DNA from: an uncultured virus (IMG/VR IMGVR_UViG_3300010348_001764)
Lineage: Duplodnaviria; Heunggongvirae; Uroviricota; Caudoviricetes
DNA length: 33,013 nucleotides
IMG/VR virus record: IMGVR_UViG_3300010348_001764
Reading direction: 5' to 3' (one strand)
Part shown: positions 31,368 through 33,013 of the stretch, one piece after another
Layout: every line of letters begins with the position of its first letter
Numbering within the stretch: position 1 is the stretch's first letter
Notes under the pieces: model-generated
Databases searched by the model: none
What the model was told of the DNA's origin: nothing
The model's input: only the letters and a program-made list of their open reading frames with translations
Position numbers and translations under genes: made by a program

Positions 31368-32309
31368 TCAGAAAATCATCAAGACGGCTCGCCCAGCGAT
31401 GGCAGTGTTGAATGTGATCGTGGTCGTGTTGACCGACGTCAAGGTGACGGTATCAGCAAAAACCAGCTCATCCGTGTCATCCCAGACGGTGACCTGGACG
31501 CGCTTGCTGTTCGAGTTGTGGTTGATTGTCCACACGGCAGCGGGCACGGCCTGAATGTACTCGAAGCCAACGACGTTCGCCGCAACCGTGATGGATGCCA
31601 GCTCGCTCTCAATGCTGTCGAGGGCCTGCTGAACGTTTGTGCCGGTGACGTGGACGTTGGCACCAGCGCTGTACGAGATGTCAGCCGCGGCGTGCTTGCC
31701 GGCACCCGGTGCGACGTGCGCCGTGAAGGCGTTGTAGAACGCGACGAGGTCGATGCCGTTAGCAAGACCGCCGATGAGAATGTTCTGAACGTGGACGTCA
31801 CCAGCTGCGTCGATCGCAAAGACCGGAAGCCCGCTGTAGGTGTTGCGAACCTCAAGGAGGTTGGCAGTTGGCACCACGCCGACGTCAGGGCGGAGGTCAA
31901 TGCCAACCGTGCCTGCGCTTGGCATCCGTACGTTGAGCTGGTCAACGTTCTGGATGGTCTTGTCGATGACGACCGTGTCACCAAGAACCGAGAGGTCGCC
32001 CTCAATGGTGACGGCGCCGGTAGCAGGGTCAACGATGAGGCGCTTGTTGTTGAGCGCGGTGATCGTGAACGGCTTGCCAGTCGACAGGTTGATGTTGCCT
32101 GTCGTACCGTTGTCGTAGACGTTCTGAAGATCGATACCTCCCGTGACTGGCGCTGTCGGTGAACCGTCTGCGAACAGCAGCGCCTTACCGCCGACGGTGA
32201 AGTACGGACCATCGGTACCGCCGATGTTGACGATCGCGCCGTCAGGCAGCCGACCCAGCTCGCCGAGCTCGTCAATCAGGTAGGTCGGGCGGAAGATGCG
32301 GATCGTCAT
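31368..32309 (-). CDS. Fibre-like structural protein (313 aa)
   Basis: HAAADISY...TNVQQALD and LQNVYDNG fibre motifs; C-terminal WTINHN module. Confidence 0.75.
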   Translation of the reverse strand: MTIRIFRPTYLIDELGELGRLPDGAIVNIGGTDGPYFTVGGKALLFADGSPTAPVTGGIDLQNVYDNGTTGNINLSTGKPFTITALNNKRLIVDPATGAVTIEGDLSVLGDTVVIDKTIQNVDQLNVRMPSAGTVGIDLRPDVGVVPTANLLEVRNTYSGLPVFAIDAAGDVHVQNILIGGLANGIDLVAFYNAFTAHVAPGAGKHAAADISYSAGANVHVTGTNVQQALDSIESELASITVAANVVGFEYIQAVPAAVWTINHNSNSKRVQVTVWDDTDELVFADTVTLTSVNTTTITFNTAIAGRAVLMIF

Positions 32310-33013
32310 GCCTTCACCTGAATGGTAACGGAGCGGGTGTTGTCGCTCGTGGTGCTGTCAACCTCAGGGCTGGAGACAGCGCCTTCGATGACGATCGGTT
32401 TGGCGGTTGGTGGTGCAAGCAGGCTGAACGCAACGTCCACCTGCGCGCCAGAGATCATCGATGGGATGGCTGGGAACGTCACCTTCGTGTACTGGTTGCT
32501 AACGCGCTGCTGCGTTGCACCTGGCGGCAGGCCGCTGACAACGACCTGCTGTCCTTGAGCATCGTGGACGATGAAGACACGCTGCACGTTGGTGGCAGTC
32601 AGGTAGCCGTCGTTGCGCACCTTGATCTTCACTTGGAACAGGTCGCCGCGCTTGACGGTCAGCTGCTCAGTGTCGGCGTGACCGTTCACCTCAAACTTGA
32701 GCTCGAGGTTGGTGTACGTGCCAGTTGCAGGAGGTGCCGTGACAGTGATGTAGCCGGTCTTGACCTCGTCGTCCGCACCGTAGGCGTTGATGGCGCGCAG
32801 GCGGACGTTGTACACACCAGGCGTGACGTACGTGTAGCTTGCGTTCGGCGTGGTTGCATCCACGACGCCGTCGTTCGTGAAGTCCCACTCGTAGGACGTC
32901 GGCGAGTTGGTCGAGGCATTGACGAAGTTGACCAGGAACGGTGCGTCGCCGGTCGTGATGAGCGGCTGAGCGATAAAGTCGGCGATCGGGGCCTGCGGTG
33001 GCGGTGGAGCCGG
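32306..33013 (-). CDS. 3' part of a PKD + DUF11/CARDB-like Ig-domain virion protein (start lies outside the window)
   Basis: Frame is open to the window edge: PIADF...GDAPFLVNFVNASTNSPTSYEWDF...YTYVTPGVYNVRL (PKD), then V.NDG..TATNV...D.TTSDN. Confidence 0.85.
   Translation of the reverse strand, partial: PAPPPPQAPIADFIAQPLITTGDAPFLVNFVNASTNSPTSYEWDFTNDGVVDATTPNASYTYVTPGVYNVRLRAINAYGADDEVKTGYITVTAPPATGTYTNLELKFEVNGHADTEQLTVKRGDLFQVKIKVRNDGYLTATNVQRVFIVHDAQGQQVVVSGLPPGATQQRVSNQYTKVTFPAIPSMISGAQVDVAFSLLAPPTAKPIVIEGAVSSPEVDSTTSDNTRSVTIQVKA

Noticed and set aside
1..33013. Stop-codon reassignment
   Set aside because: Genes are intact and densely packed under code 11, and TAA, TAG and TGA all occur as plausible stops

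Overview
This window is a 33-kb fragment of a large, GC-rich, T4-related (jumbo-type) myovirus genome. Its host is probably Gram-negative, because it carries an i-/o-spanin pair. There is a 701-nt assembly gap at 1249-1949. The + strand (1-21282) carries a T4-like replication module: DsbA-like dsDNA-binding protein, family-B DNA polymerase, probable sliding clamp, free-standing HNH, RNase H/5'-3' exonuclease, primase and gp41-like helicase. A PQ-loop/SemiSWEET-like membrane protein and an SLT-type transglycosylase are interspersed in this module. Next comes a late block of probable internal head/core proteins with [LIV]-x-E prohead-protease-like sites, including a 798-aa protein with ligase-type nucleotidyltransferase motifs. 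After that are a PD-(D/E)XK nuclease, a degenerate 2OG-Fe(II) oxygenase-like protein and a tail-tube-like gene. The - strand (21279-33013) encodes a PAAR spike, an M23+GH108-like hydrolase, spanins and a cluster of fibre-like proteins that share a 'W-x-I-x-H-N-L-G' module. The clearest non-coding signals are: (1) a TAAATAG late-promoter motif; (2) extended -10 promoters placed to give leaderless mRNAs; (3) stems that would hide ribosome-binding sites only in read-through transcripts; (4) an apparently recoded 5' end of the RNase H gene beside the HNH gene; and (5) a perfect 16-bp palindrome at the strand switch. All family calls come from recognising motifs by eye; no database search was run.
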